Shown: positions 35,688 to 37,425 of the stretch, piece by piece | How positions within the stretch are numbered: the first letter of the stretch is position 1 | How the letters are laid out: every line of letters starts with the position of its first letter | Assembly: GCF_001194135.2 (NCBI RefSeq) | Contig: NC_068982.1 | Span: 157,419,869-157,457,293, forward strand | Direction of reading: 5' to 3' | Source: Octopus bimaculoides | Lineage: Eukaryota | Length of the DNA stretch: 37,425 nt | The notes under the pieces: model-generated | The model's input: the letters and a program-made list of their open reading frames with translations, nothing else | What the model was told of the DNA's origin: nothing | Databases searched by the model: none | Made by a program: the position numbers and the translations under genes

Positions 35688-36635
35688 ATATATATNNNNN
35701 NNNNNNNNNNNNNNNNNNNNNNNNNNNNNNNNNNNNNNNNNNNNNNNNNNNNNNNNNNNNNNNNNNNNNNNNNNNNNNNNNNNNNNNNNNNNNNNNNNNN
35801 NNNNNNNNNNNNNNNNNNNNNNNNNNNNNNNNNNNNNNNNNNNNNNNNNNNNNNNNNNNNNNNNNNNNNNNNNNNNNNNNNNNNNNNNNNNNNNNNNNNN
35901 NNNNNNNNNNNNNNNNNNNNNNNNNNNNNNNNNNNNNNNNNNNNNNNTATATATATATATATATATATATATATGAGTGAGTGAGTGTGTGCCTGTGCGC
36001 GTGTGTATGTGTGTGTGTAATAGAGCGAGAGAAAGAATCAGCGAGAGAGGGGGAAGAGTGAGTGAGAGTGAGAGAGAGAGAGAGAGATCAACTGAGCGGG
36101 TTAATTTTTCTCTTCGAATTTCTTCTAACAGGGATACGAAACGCGACAATCTATATATACCTAACGGGCATATAATGTGTCTGTTTGGGAGTTTGATTAG
36201 AGACAGTAAGAACTATAATATTCTCACTAAGAAATATAATTGATAACACACTGCAAATATATACCTTTACTTAAGTATCAGAAGCCAGTCTGTCGTTGAA
36301 TATACGGGACAGAGCTGAAACTTCAATAAATACTCGAAGTCACACGTTATTAGCAAAGCTGTGATTTACAAGTTAATGGGATGGAGAAACGAATCCATTC
36401 TTTTCCTTTATAAATATTATGACACCATGTCCACTTTCTACTATAAGTGTTGACCAATCATTTGGCTCCTGTCTTACAGAATAACTTAATAATCTATAAT
36501 GCTTCTTATATGCTCTCTCACCACCATCTTCCGTCTTTCCGTATATTATAAGCCATCACACTTAATTACAGGCATCCGTCCCCCCCCCCACTTTTTTTAA
36601 AGCCAGTTACACGTCAATGTAACTTTCTCTCTCTC

Positions 36636-36682
<47 letters not shown>

Positions 36683-37269
36683 TTTTCACTCTTCCTTTCT
36701 TTGTATATGTGTGCACGTGTATGGGATTTGTGTATGTTTTGGTAGCATGTATATATATATACGTATGTATGTAAGTATGTATGTATGTATGTATGTATGT
36801 ATCTATGTATATATGCATATGCTCACATATTATATGTATCTATGTACGCATGTATGTATGTTCTACGGTCTCCCTCTAGTTGGCTATAACTGCAATATTC
36901 TTCTTCTTCTTCTTCTTCTTCTTCTTCTTCTTCCCCTTCTTCTCCTTCTTCTTCACCTCCTTTTCTCATTTCCTCCCCATCCCCCACTCTCTGAAACACA
37001 TTTACATTTTATTATCTTTTACCCACGTCTTGTATTACCCTTTCCTCCCTACTGGCGCAAATTTGCCTCCAATCTACACCGCGACCCTAAAGCTTTGTTA
37101 TAGCACCAGAAGTCATATTCACAGACTTTAAATGCTCCTCTCTTCACTCTGTTACTGCTTTTACACAAATAACCCATTGTCCCAATAGGAATCAGTCCAT
37201 ATCATTCTTTCTTCTTCACTTGCATTCAGAATGGATTATTACTCTCCAACTTGTGGTTGCTAATGCTGT

Positions 37270-37272
<3 letters not shown>

Positions 37273-37343
<71 letters not shown>
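37273..37343. repeat. (ATT)n microsatellite
   Basis: Read directly; abuts the head of a SINE. Confidence 0.95.
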
Positions 37344-37345
<2 letters not shown>

Positions 37346-37425
37346 GGCAGCGAGCTGGCAAAATCGTTAATGCTCCGGATGAAATGCTTAGTGGCATTCC
37401 ATCCGTTTCAACATTCTGAGTTAAA
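37344..37425 (+). mobile_element. 5' part of a SINE family A copy, cut by the window end
   Basis: AAGGCAGCGAGCTGGCAAAATCGTTAATGCTCCGGATGAAATGCTTAG...TTCTGAGTT. Confidence 0.85.

Overview
AT-rich, microsatellite-saturated animal genomic DNA from a gapped short-read-type assembly (7 N-gaps, 6 of them abutting (TA)n/(TG)n). The repeat families look like those I recall from octopus/cephalopod genomes; this is an inference, not a database result. No intact protein-coding gene is recognisable, and almost all listed ORFs are microsatellite or gap artefacts. The window is a layered transposon graveyard: a full-length dead mariner (630-1906), an internally deleted DD37D/maT element, a hAT MITE with an 8-bp target-site duplication (TSD), two probable non-autonomous Helitrons, more than 20 SINE copies or fragments from about 4 tRNA-derived families, Penelope-type GIY-YIG relics, and a possible Crypton-like tyrosine recombinase relic. 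The most interesting signal is a tRNA(Arg)-headed SINE whose tail folds into a minimal type I hammerhead ribozyme of the Penelope type (17974-18017). A fold-back copy of its tail (11255-11377) and tandem GIY-YIG relics (27311-28150) lie in the same window, which suggests a Penelope-mobilised, ribozyme-bearing SINE. Two short (TTAGGG)3 patches that replace native sequence inside transposons suggest telomere-repeat-templated break repair. Three phase-compatible candidate exons on the minus strand are reported at low confidence. All alignments and identities were read by eye.
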